Part shown: piece after piece, positions 1 to 7,020 of the stretch
How positions within the stretch are numbered: the stretch's first letter is position 1
Layout of the letters: the number at the start of each line of letters is the position of its first letter
NCBI GenBank assembly: GCA_023415815.1
Contig: JAEZJL010000331.1
Coordinates: 1-39,255, forward strand
DNA length: 39,255 nt
DNA from: Bacillota bacterium
Lineage (GTDB): Bacteria > Bacillota > Clostridia > Acetivibrionales > DTU013
Direction of reading: 5' to 3'
Notes under the pieces: generated by a model
Told to the model about the DNA's origin: nothing
Databases searched by the model: none
What the model saw: only the letters and a program-made list of their open reading frames with translations
Translations under genes and position numbers: made by a program

Positions 1-1
1 G

Positions 2-172
2 CATGAACGCATGATTACGGAGTTCTTTACCAGCTTCATTCCCAACTATGCCTATATCTGCTTTGCCGAAAGCTGGGCCAGGTACTTCGGGATTGACCGC
101 AAAAGCTTTGACGGTATTTACATGAAAGCCTATATGGAGACACACGGAGCCTATCACAAGCGGCAGGAGTAA
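2..172 (+). CDS. 3' end of an unidentified CDS entering from upstream of the window (last ~56 codons, ...FFTSFIPNYAYICFAESWARYFGIDRKSFDGIYMKAYMETHGAYHKRQE, stop TAA 170-172)
   Basis: My own translation of frame 2 is open from base 2 to TAA at 170-172. It is followed by a T-run. It is absent from the ORF track only because it is shorter than 60 aa. I do not recognise the family. Confidence 0.4.
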   Translation, partial: HERMITEFFTSFIPNYAYICFAESWARYFGIDRKSFDGIYMKAYMETHGAYHKRQE

Positions 173-218
173 TTTTTTTCACACACATTAATACTGAAAA
201 TTCAGTACATAAAGGGAG

Positions 219-1115
219 ATGCTTACGATGGATGATCTTAAACCCGCCAGATATGACGCAAAGGAGTTTGAAATCCTCAAATCGCCTTTCAGCGACTGGG
301 AGGAGGCGCTTAAAAATCCCGGAAATATAAGGCTTGAGATATTGCATGCGGGAGATGTATCGGGGACCGTACATCAAATGATAAATCTGGACGATGCCCA
401 AAAGGCGGAAATAGCGGATGCAAAGCTGAAAGCTCCGCTTTTTGCACATCTGATCCGGCATGAAAGGTACGGCGACTTTTTAGTTGACGCCGGCTTCGAC
501 AGCGAGTATTCAAAAAACAGCTGGGGACATTTCGAGGGCTCACAGGTTAAGACCCTGGATTTTGGGGCTGAGGCCGGACACGGAATAGACGAGGTGCTCG
601 GGGCAAGGGATATCAGGCTGAAAGGAGTCTTTTGCACCCATTTCCACGAGCATCAGGGCGGAGCGCCCTCCCTGCCTCATGATATACCGTTTGTCTATGG
701 TAAGGGAGAAGAGGAACTGAATGCGGTTCCTTATGTATACGCACGGTTTTTAAAGGATAAAACCGACATCAGGGAGATAGATTTCGAAAAAGCGGAGGAT
801 ATGCCACTCGTAGGTAAATCGGTTGACATTTTCGGTGACGGCTCCTTCTGGGCCATTTCAACCCCCGGCCACACCGAAGGTCACACATCCTACCTTGTCA
901 ACGGCAGCGAGGGACAGTATATGATCACAGGAGATATATGCATGTGCATCAAAGGCTTTGAAATGGGGATAGAAAGCGGATATACCTATGCAAAGCACCC
1001 TGAAATGAACAAGGAAAGCTTTTTCAGGATCAAGAAGCTTCTGGAGAGATATCCGCAGATAAAGGCGGTTTTCGGACATGAGTCGGAGGAATTCAGGATG
1101 AAGTACCTTCCGTAA
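219..1115 (+). CDS. Metallo-beta-lactamase-fold hydrolase (unknown substrate)
   Basis: 298 aa. MBL motif order is visible: THFHEHQGG (motif 2, variant of HxHxDH), TPGHTEGH (motif 3), ITGD (motif 4), FGHE (motif 5). RBS AAGGGAG lies just upstream of the ATG. Confidence 0.8.
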   Translation: MLTMDDLKPARYDAKEFEILKSPFSDWEEALKNPGNIRLEILHAGDVSGTVHQMINLDDAQKAEIADAKLKAPLFAHLIRHERYGDFLVDAGFDSEYSKNSWGHFEGSQVKTLDFGAEAGHGIDEVLGARDIRLKGVFCTHFHEHQGGAPSLPHDIPFVYGKGEEELNAVPYVYARFLKDKTDIREIDFEKAEDMPLVGKSVDIFGDGSFWAISTPGHTEGHTSYLVNGSEGQYMITGDICMCIKGFEMGIESGYTYAKHPEMNKESFFRIKKLLERYPQIKAVFGHESEEFRMKYLP

Positions 1116-1128
1116 TTTAATAAATATA

Positions 1129-1156
1129 TTTGCGCGTCGGTCCGCGCAAAATTTTC
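1129..1156 (+). terminator. Putative intrinsic terminator after the MBL gene
   Basis: TTTGCGCG (1129-1136) pairs with CGCGCAAA (1143-1150), followed by ATTTT. Confidence 0.5.
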
Positions 1157-1160
1157 GCCG

Positions 1161-1180
1161 ATCTTCATAATATCTACACA
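1161..1180 (+). promoter_or_regulatory. 20-nt box ATCTTCATAATATCTACACA, copy 1; candidate response-regulator operator overlapping a -35 region
   Basis: Exact 20/20 identity with 3148-3167. Internal direct repeat ATCT(T/A)CA spaced 11 bp. TATAGC (-10-like) lies 3 nt downstream. It sits about 50 nt upstream of the 1229/1235 start. Confidence 0.55.
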
Positions 1181-1228
1181 TTTTATAGCTATATTTAATT
1201 TTAAAAAGGAAAGCTATAAAAGGAAGGT

Positions 1229-1693
1229 ATGCGGATGAAGAATAAAATGAACCTATTTATAGGTATAGGCGTGGTTGCGGCACTTCTGGTGATCTTTCTC
1301 ATCCTAAGGGGCGGCGCTCAAAGCGACACCGGCGGAATCACCATACCGAAGGCCGGGATTACGCAGACTGCGAGCTTTTACAAGTACAAGACCGGCGGTG
1401 TAAACATGGAGGTGCTGGCGCTGAAGGCTTCGGACGGAAGCATCAGGACCGCGTTCAACACCTGCCAGGTCTGTTACAGCTCGGGAAAGGGCTATTATGA
1501 GCTGGACGGCAATACCCTGGTCTGCCAGAACTGCGGCAACAGGTTCGAGCCCGACCGCGTAGGCGTTGAAGCGGGAGGCTGCAATCCAGTCCCCATAACC
1601 GACGACGTCAGGACCGACGACGGGGGTAATATATTGATTTCCGACGATTATCTCCAGCAGGCAAGGGTGATCTTCAATAACTGGAAACGATGA
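1229..1693 (+). CDS. N-terminally membrane-anchored CxxC...CxxC protein, DUF2318-like (putative metal-binding)
   Basis: 154 aa. One N-terminal TM helix (LFIGIGVVAALLVIFLIL). Motifs CQVCYSSGKGYY and CQNCGNRF plus GGCNP are consistent with my memory of the DUF2318 cysteine pattern. GGAAGG RBS spacing favours the second ATG at 1235. Confidence 0.55.
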   Translation: MRMKNKMNLFIGIGVVAALLVIFLILRGGAQSDTGGITIPKAGITQTASFYKYKTGGVNMEVLALKASDGSIRTAFNTCQVCYSSGKGYYELDGNTLVCQNCGNRFEPDRVGVEAGGCNPVPITDDVRTDDGGNILISDDYLQQARVIFNNWKR

Positions 1694-1723
1694 GGAGTAT
1701 GTCCCTGCGGGACGTGATAGCCT

Positions 1724-3118
1724 ATGAAATACAGCCTGAGGACAAAGCTGACGCTTTCATATTTGGCCGTTATCTTTCTGCTTGTAGCCTCTATAAGCTT
1801 TTTTTCCAATGTCCTTCTTGAGCGGCAGTTCAAAAGCTATGTGATAAGGGAGCAGGAGCAAAGGAACAGCGAGGTGGTGAGCCTCGTTACGAAGCAGTAT
1901 GAGGCCGACGGCAAATGGAACGGCGGCGTGATAGAGAATATCGGCGTAAACGCCCTTGAGCAGGGCATGATCATCAAGGTAAAGGACTCGTCCGGAAAAA
2001 CGGTCTGGGACGCGACCGTCCACAATAACGGCTTCTGCATGCAGATGCTGGCTCATATGTCCGAGAACATGAACAGCCTCTATGGTAATTTCAACGGGGG
2101 ATATGTCGAGAACAAATTCCCCGTCAGAAGCGGCTTTGAAGAGGTGGGGAGCGTTGAGATCGGATATTACGGGCCATACTATTTCACGGATAACGACCTG
2201 ATCTTCATAAATACGCTGAACAGGATATTTGTCGTAGTTGGCATCATAGCGCTGATTGTGGCTCTCACCATCGGGACCTTTATGGCCAAGCGGCTGAGCA
2301 CTCCCATTTCCGACACCGTCAGGACCGCGCAGCAGATTGCGAGGGGCTATTTCGGAGACAGGATCTCCGGAAAATCCAGTACGAAGGAAATAGTACAGCT
2401 TACCGGTGCAATCAACAATCTCGCCGAAACACTTGAAAAGCAGGAGTCACTCAGAAAGCGGATGGCCGCGGATGTGGCGCATGAGCTCCGCACGCCGCTG
2501 GCAACGCTTCAGAGCCATCTGGAGGCGATGATCGACGGGATATGGAAGCCGGATACCGAAAGGCTCGTGAGCTGCCAGGAGGAGATCGTGCGCATCAATA
2601 AAATGGTGGGAGATATGGAAAAGCTCGCAAGGCTCGAGGGCGAATCGGTTGTACTGGACAGGAGCCTGTTTGACGTATCTGAGGCCGTCGCTCACATCAT
2701 GCGCAATTTTGAGACCGAATTTGCCGCCAAGGAGATCCGCACAAGCTTTTCGGGACAGCGGGAAATGCTGTTCGCAGACAGGGACAAAATCAGCCAGGTC
2801 ATAGTGAATCTTCTCTCAAATGCCCTGAAATACACTCAAAAGGGCGGAAGCGTGGAGGTCGGGGTAAAAGGCTATGACGACAGGACTGAGATAATCGTGA
2901 AGGATGACGGCGAGGGCATATCGGAGGAGGACCTTCCCTTTATATTCGAAAGGTTTTACAGGGCCGACAAATCAAGAAACAGGCTCACCGGCGGCTCGGG
3001 TATAGGACTGACCATTACCAGGACCATCGTGGAGGCCCATAAGGGTGAAATAAGCGTATCCAGCGAGCCGGGCCGGGGCTCGGAATTCGTCGTAAGCATA
3101 CCGAAGCAGCCGCAATAA
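1724..3118 (+). CDS. Sensor histidine kinase (two TM helices, periplasmic-type loop, HAMP, HisKA, HATPase_c); no cognate response regulator adjacent
   Basis: 464 aa. TM1 LSYLAVIFLLVASISFF, TM2 IFVVVGIIALIVALTIGTFMA. H-box AHELRTPLATL, N-box NLLSNALKYT, G1 DDGEGI, G2 GGSGIGL. Confidence 0.9.
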   Translation: MKYSLRTKLTLSYLAVIFLLVASISFFSNVLLERQFKSYVIREQEQRNSEVVSLVTKQYEADGKWNGGVIENIGVNALEQGMIIKVKDSSGKTVWDATVHNNGFCMQMLAHMSENMNSLYGNFNGGYVENKFPVRSGFEEVGSVEIGYYGPYYFTDNDLIFINTLNRIFVVVGIIALIVALTIGTFMAKRLSTPISDTVRTAQQIARGYFGDRISGKSSTKEIVQLTGAINNLAETLEKQESLRKRMAADVAHELRTPLATLQSHLEAMIDGIWKPDTERLVSCQEEIVRINKMVGDMEKLARLEGESVVLDRSLFDVSEAVAHIMRNFETEFAAKEIRTSFSGQREMLFADRDKISQVIVNLLSNALKYTQKGGSVEVGVKGYDDRTEIIVKDDGEGISEEDLPFIFERFYRADKSRNRLTGGSGIGLTITRTIVEAHKGEISVSSEPGRGSEFVVSIPKQPQ

Positions 3119-3147
3119 AAGCGCAATAAGATGCCTGAATTTTATAA

Positions 3148-3167
3148 ATCTTCATAATATCTACACA
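3148..3167 (+). promoter_or_regulatory. 20-nt box ATCTTCATAATATCTACACA, copy 2
   Basis: Exact repeat of 1161-1180. TATAGT (-10-like) lies 4 nt downstream at 3172-3177. It sits about 60 nt upstream of the 3227 start. Confidence 0.55.
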
Positions 3168-3226
3168 AAAATATAGTATTATTTTGCCTGCTTGATAAAA
3201 TTTTTTATGAAGGAGGCTTTGAACAA

Positions 3227-3706
3227 ATGGATGCTATGACCCACTATATGGGGCTGCTTCAGGCGAACCAGCCATGGAATCTTCTGATATTTATGGCGGT
3301 CCCGGTTATCTGTGCCGAAACCCTCGCCATCACGGAGCTTGTGATCCTGTTCTCAAGGAATCTCACGGGTACCGCCAGAAAGATCAACAAATTCACCGGC
3401 ATTTTTGCGGGATTGTACTTTCTGGGCATTTTCATTTATCTGTTTGCGACCGCAGTCGTGCCGCTTACCGCGGGAGGCGGCTGGAGAGGCGCTGCAGATG
3501 TGATCGCCGTCGGCTTTTATCTTTCCGGAGTCGTTCCGTTCCTCGGCATGTTCCTGCTGGAAACGGGATTGATAGGAAGAAAGAGGGACGACACCGGCAA
3601 ATTGAAGCTGCATGCGATTTTTGTAGGCATTTTCCTGGTGGTGGCCCATATAGCCATGATCTTCGGCATGCTCGACCCCTCGCTGATGCAGATGGCTCCG
3701 ATGTAA
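3227..3706 (+). CDS. Small polytopic membrane protein, function unknown
   Basis: 159 aa with about four hydrophobic helices. Strong RBS GAAGGAGG lies 8-9 nt upstream of the ATG. Followed by a terminator. Confidence 0.7.
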   Translation: MDAMTHYMGLLQANQPWNLLIFMAVPVICAETLAITELVILFSRNLTGTARKINKFTGIFAGLYFLGIFIYLFATAVVPLTAGGGWRGAADVIAVGFYLSGVVPFLGMFLLETGLIGRKRDDTGKLKLHAIFVGIFLVVAHIAMIFGMLDPSLMQMAPM

Positions 3707-3757
3707 GTCGTCTTTTTGCGGAAAATATCTTTAATCTCAATGTGGATTTTTAAATAA

Positions 3758-3797
3758 AAGCATCCTGCTTGATATACAGAGGCAGGATGTTTTTATT
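3758..3797 (+). terminator. Intrinsic terminator
   Basis: CATCCTGC (3761-3768) pairs with GCAGGATG (3782-3789), followed by TTTTTATT. Confidence 0.7.
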
Positions 3798-4037
3798 CGG
3801 GCATTTGACGGGACGCCGGATGTGCAAAAAGCAAGGGGATTTGACGCTCCTGAATTTTTACTGTTTATCATCGGTAGCCGCCTGTATTTTGCGGGATTTG
3901 AAGGGAAATGGATATGGGCTTATACGCTATACCCCATTGTCGTCCGATATATAAAAATGCAGGAAGAATATGCGCCGGGTTTTAAGACATTTTACCTCTC
4001 CGGACGTAATATATTATTGAATTGGAGGTAAGCTAAG

Positions 4038-4904
4038 ATGAAAACGAAAATGAGAGTGAAAATATGCGTCCCGGTTGCGGCTGCGATGCTTACGGCGTTG
4101 CTGGGAGCCTGTACCGTCAACGTAAACGGCGATAAGATCAATCTGGACGGAAATATATCCTACACCGAGGGGACAAACCTGACGGAAGAGGAGAACCTGG
4201 CGCAGGACGCGGGGGATGTCACGGCTCTGGAAATAGTCAACAGCGCGGGCAATATCAATATCACTCGCTCCGACTCAAACAACGTGTCCGTTAAAATCAC
4301 CAAGAAGGTGAAGGGCACCGATGAAAACGAAAAAAAGGAAATCATGGAAAACATAAAAATAGAGATGAAGAAGGATGGCGATAAACTGACTCTTTCCGCC
4401 AGGTCCAAGGACGAAAGCGGCTCATACATATGGGACTGGGTGAGCAGGGTGTACAAGTCGGTGACAGTAACGACGGACTACGACATAAAGGTGCCCGAAG
4501 GCGTGAGGATCTATAAGATCGACAATACTGCCGGAAATACGAGTCTTGACGCTGTCAGCGGCGAAATCGGCATAAAGCAGAATGCCGGAGATATCAGGCT
4601 TACCGGAGTGAGCCTCGAGGGAAACAGCAGCTTCACCATGAACGCGGGCAATATAGAACTGGACGCCGCCGTTAATAGGGCCGAAGAGGTCAAAGTAGCC
4701 GGCACTGCGGGTAATATCAATATCAAAATCCCCGAGGGCTCCGGAGTCGATCTCGATACGAATCTTTTGGCGGGAAACCTGTCGGGCAGCTTCCTTTCCG
4801 GTCTGAGCATAAAAAGCGGGAGCTACAAGCAGGAGATCAACGGGGGCGGCACAAGACTTCTGGTGACTTTGACGGCGGGAAATGTTATAATAGACGGCAG
4901 ATAA
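4038..4904 (+). CDS. Lipoprotein with DUF4097-like (putative adhesin / beta-helix) repeats
   Basis: 288 aa. Signal peptide with lipobox LLGAC. Recurring AGNI(N/E/R)(I/L) repeat units (SAGNINITR, NAGDIRLTG, NAGNIELDA, TAGNINIKI, TAGNVIIDG). RBS TGGAGG upstream. Confidence 0.7.
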   Translation: MKTKMRVKICVPVAAAMLTALLGACTVNVNGDKINLDGNISYTEGTNLTEEENLAQDAGDVTALEIVNSAGNINITRSDSNNVSVKITKKVKGTDENEKKEIMENIKIEMKKDGDKLTLSARSKDESGSYIWDWVSRVYKSVTVTTDYDIKVPEGVRIYKIDNTAGNTSLDAVSGEIGIKQNAGDIRLTGVSLEGNSSFTMNAGNIELDAAVNRAEEVKVAGTAGNINIKIPEGSGVDLDTNLLAGNLSGSFLSGLSIKSGSYKQEINGGGTRLLVTLTAGNVIIDGR

Positions 4905-4924
4905 ACGATGCACGAGGTTCACCG

Positions 4925-5683
4925 ATGCAGGCCCGAGAATTGATTGAAGTGGCGCTGAAGGCGGGGGAGATACTCCTGACCAGCGGCGCCGAGATATACA
5001 GGGTGGAGGATACCGTCAAGAGAATATGCCGCAGCTACGGCACGGAGTGTGAAAGCTTCGCGCTCCCCACAGGCATATTCATCACGGTATGGGATGAAGC
5101 CGGAAGCGTTTCCCAGACCACCTTCAAGCGGATAAGTCAGCGTTCGGTCGACCTTCACAGGGTCGACAGCGTAAATTCGTTTTCCAGAAGCCTGGAGAAG
5201 GCTTTGCCGGAATACCGCGAAGCAATGGAACTATTGAACGGGATAGAAAAACGCAGGAGCTACGGCTTTCCCATAAGACTTGCGACTGCGGGCGCCGCTT
5301 CCTTTGTTTTTACTCTGCTTTTCAGGGGCACCGCAGGAGAAGGCGCGGCTGCCATCATCATAGGAATGCTTATCTTCACAATAAAAGAGCGATTGTCAAA
5401 GACCGGCGTCTTCCAGTTCTTTGAATTTTTTACCGCCGGGGCCGCCGCCGGGGCCGCCAGCCTTCTGGCAGTGAGGCTGTTCCCGGAATTCAATGTATAT
5501 AAGATAATCATAGGCGCTATAATGCTTTTCCTGCCGGGCGTTGCGATAACAAACGGCATTAAGGACGCTTTGTTCGGCGACCTTGTCGGGAGCCTCGCCA
5601 GGATGGGCGAAGCCGCCTTTGTAGCCGTTGCCGTAGGCGCCGGGGTCGGTATATCTCTTGCGATAGGGCTGAACTGGGGGTGA
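4925..5683 (+). CDS. Threonine/serine exporter family protein, large subunit (ThrE / DUF1212-like)
   Basis: 252 aa. Soluble N-terminal half followed by Gly/Ala-rich TM helices. Immediately followed by the small partner gene, which is the typical two-gene arrangement. Confidence 0.65.
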   Translation: MQARELIEVALKAGEILLTSGAEIYRVEDTVKRICRSYGTECESFALPTGIFITVWDEAGSVSQTTFKRISQRSVDLHRVDSVNSFSRSLEKALPEYREAMELLNGIEKRRSYGFPIRLATAGAASFVFTLLFRGTAGEGAAAIIIGMLIFTIKERLSKTGVFQFFEFFTAGAAAGAASLLAVRLFPEFNVYKIIIGAIMLFLPGVAITNGIKDALFGDLVGSLARMGEAAFVAVAVGAGVGISLAIGLNWG

Positions 5684-5687
5684 GGAT

Positions 5688-6125
5688 GTGCGGGAATTTT
5701 TACTGGCTTTTGCAGGCAGCATCTGCGCCGGAATCCTTTTCAACGTAAGGGGGCGCAAGCTGCTTTTGACCGGCTTTTCGGGCGTGGTTGGCTGGATGGT
5801 GTACATATGGATTTCAGGAATGACCGGAAGCTCCATGGTTTCGATATTCGCAGGAGCCGTGGCTGTGGGCGTATTCAGCGAGACCGCCGCCAGGCTCTTC
5901 AAATCGCCGGCCGCCGTGTTTTCAATACCAGGGATATTTCCGATAGTACCCGGGATTGCCGCTTACGAGACGATTCAGTTTCTTTTTTCGAACAATCTGC
6001 AGGAAGCGGGGCTGAAAATAGTAGAAACGCTTTCAGGCGCAGGGGCGATAGCATTTGGCATACTGCTCGTCACCGCCGCCTTCCGCTTCTTTACACAGAA
6101 GAGATACGCCGACAAGCCGCTGTAG
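5688..6125 (+). CDS. Threonine/serine exporter family protein, small subunit (ThrE_2 / DUF3815-like)
   Basis: 145 aa, four TM helices. GTG start 5 nt after the upstream stop, with a GGGGGTGAGG RBS. Confidence 0.65.
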   Translation: MREFLLAFAGSICAGILFNVRGRKLLLTGFSGVVGWMVYIWISGMTGSSMVSIFAGAVAVGVFSETAARLFKSPAAVFSIPGIFPIVPGIAAYETIQFLFSNNLQEAGLKIVETLSGAGAIAFGILLVTAAFRFFTQKRYADKPL

Positions 6126-6266
6126 CGCCAGCCGGGAGAAGCTTTTATACCGGCGCTGCCTTTTAAACGCAAGACAGCCCAACCTTAAGCTGGGCTGCGT
6201 CCTGCCGTTATTCGAGCTTTTAAACTCATGCTTTACCGCTTACCGTTCTGATAACCGTAAGCCGTA

Positions 6267-6881
6267 TTAATAAGACTTCATGAACTGCTGTGTCCAATAG
6301 CACACGCCTTTATTGTTTTTAGCCAGGCCTACGCCGATTTCATTATAGCTGGGATTCATGATATTGCTCCTGTGACCCGGCGATCCCATCCAGTCTCCCA
6401 TGACCTCCGCAGGAGTGCGCTGGCCGTACGCGATGTTTTCGCCTGCCGCGGAAAATCTCAGACCAAAGCTTTCCATCATCTGGAAAGGCGAGCCGTATGT
6501 GGGCGATCTATGGTCAAAATAGCCCTTGGGAGGCGGCTGAGCCATGTCGGCGGATTTGTATCTGGCGCACCTGGAAAGCTCCCAGTTCAGCTTCAGCGTG
6601 CCCAGACCGGCTTTTGACCTCTCCACGTTGACCAGCCGGGCCACCTCGTTTTCCTGTGCGGTAGTGGTAACCGTAGGTATTGTGATCTTCTGCCCCGGAT
6701 AAATGAGCGCCGGGTTTTTTATCTGCGGGTTTGCCGCGATTATTTCGCTGATGCCCACCTGATTCCTTGATGCTATCTTCCACATGGTATCGCCGGACTT
6801 GACGGTATATGTCGACTGTGCGAATACCTGTGCCGTGAAGAGCATCAGGAAGGCAAATATCAGGATTGATCTTTTTTTCAT
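6267..6881 (-). CDS. Secreted LysM domain + CAP/SCP (YkwD-like) domain protein
   Basis: 204 aa. Signal peptide MKKRSILIFAFLMLFTAQVFA. LysM motif YTVKSGDTMWKIA...IYPGQKITIP. CAP-type C-terminus GHRSNIMNPSYNEIGVG. RBS GAGGTGAT. Confidence 0.8.
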   Translation of the reverse strand: MKKRSILIFAFLMLFTAQVFAQSTYTVKSGDTMWKIASRNQVGISEIIAANPQIKNPALIYPGQKITIPTVTTTAQENEVARLVNVERSKAGLGTLKLNWELSRCARYKSADMAQPPPKGYFDHRSPTYGSPFQMMESFGLRFSAAGENIAYGQRTPAEVMGDWMGSPGHRSNIMNPSYNEIGVGLAKNNKGVCYWTQQFMKSY

Positions 6882-6959
6882 ATCATCACCTCGGGTCTAT
6901 TTTTTGATGAATCGTATAAAATAATGCTGTCAATTATGTTCACTACTGTAAATTCGTTC

Positions 6960-6988
6960 TTGACATGAACATGTGTTTGCGGAATAAT
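6960..6988 (+). promoter_or_regulatory. Sigma-A-type promoter of the topoisomerase operon, with an embedded LexA (Cheo)-type box
   Basis: TTGACA (6960-6965), 17-nt spacer, AATAAT (6983-6988). The spacer contains TGAACATGTGTTTG (6966-6979), which matches the GAACAnnTGTTTG seen at uvrB and uvrA. Confidence 0.55.
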
Positions 6989-7020
6989 AAAGCTGAGAAT
7001 ATTTCGGAGGAAGCACACCA

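Noticed and set aside
3274-3753. 159-aa ORF overlapping the 3227-3706 membrane-protein gene in another frame.
   Set aside because: The product is Arg/Gly/His-rich with no RBS. The 3227 frame has a strong GGAGG RBS and coherent TM helices.
3769-4031. Two small overlapping ORFs (61 and 69 aa) in the 330-nt gap upstream of the DUF4097-like lipoprotein gene. The same gap also holds a TTTGACG motif twice (3804-3810 and 3838-3844).
   Set aside because: The ORFs have no RBS and implausible composition. The TTGACG motifs have no acceptable -10 at 16-18 nt except a weak TTTATC. The resemblance to the TTTTGACGCT tail of the uvr modules is only 9 nt.
6175-6197. Hairpin CAGCCCA...TGGGCTG between the convergent ThrE-like and LysM/CAP genes, as a possible bidirectional terminator.
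   Set aside because: The stem is only 7 bp with no U-tract on either strand. That is too weak to call.
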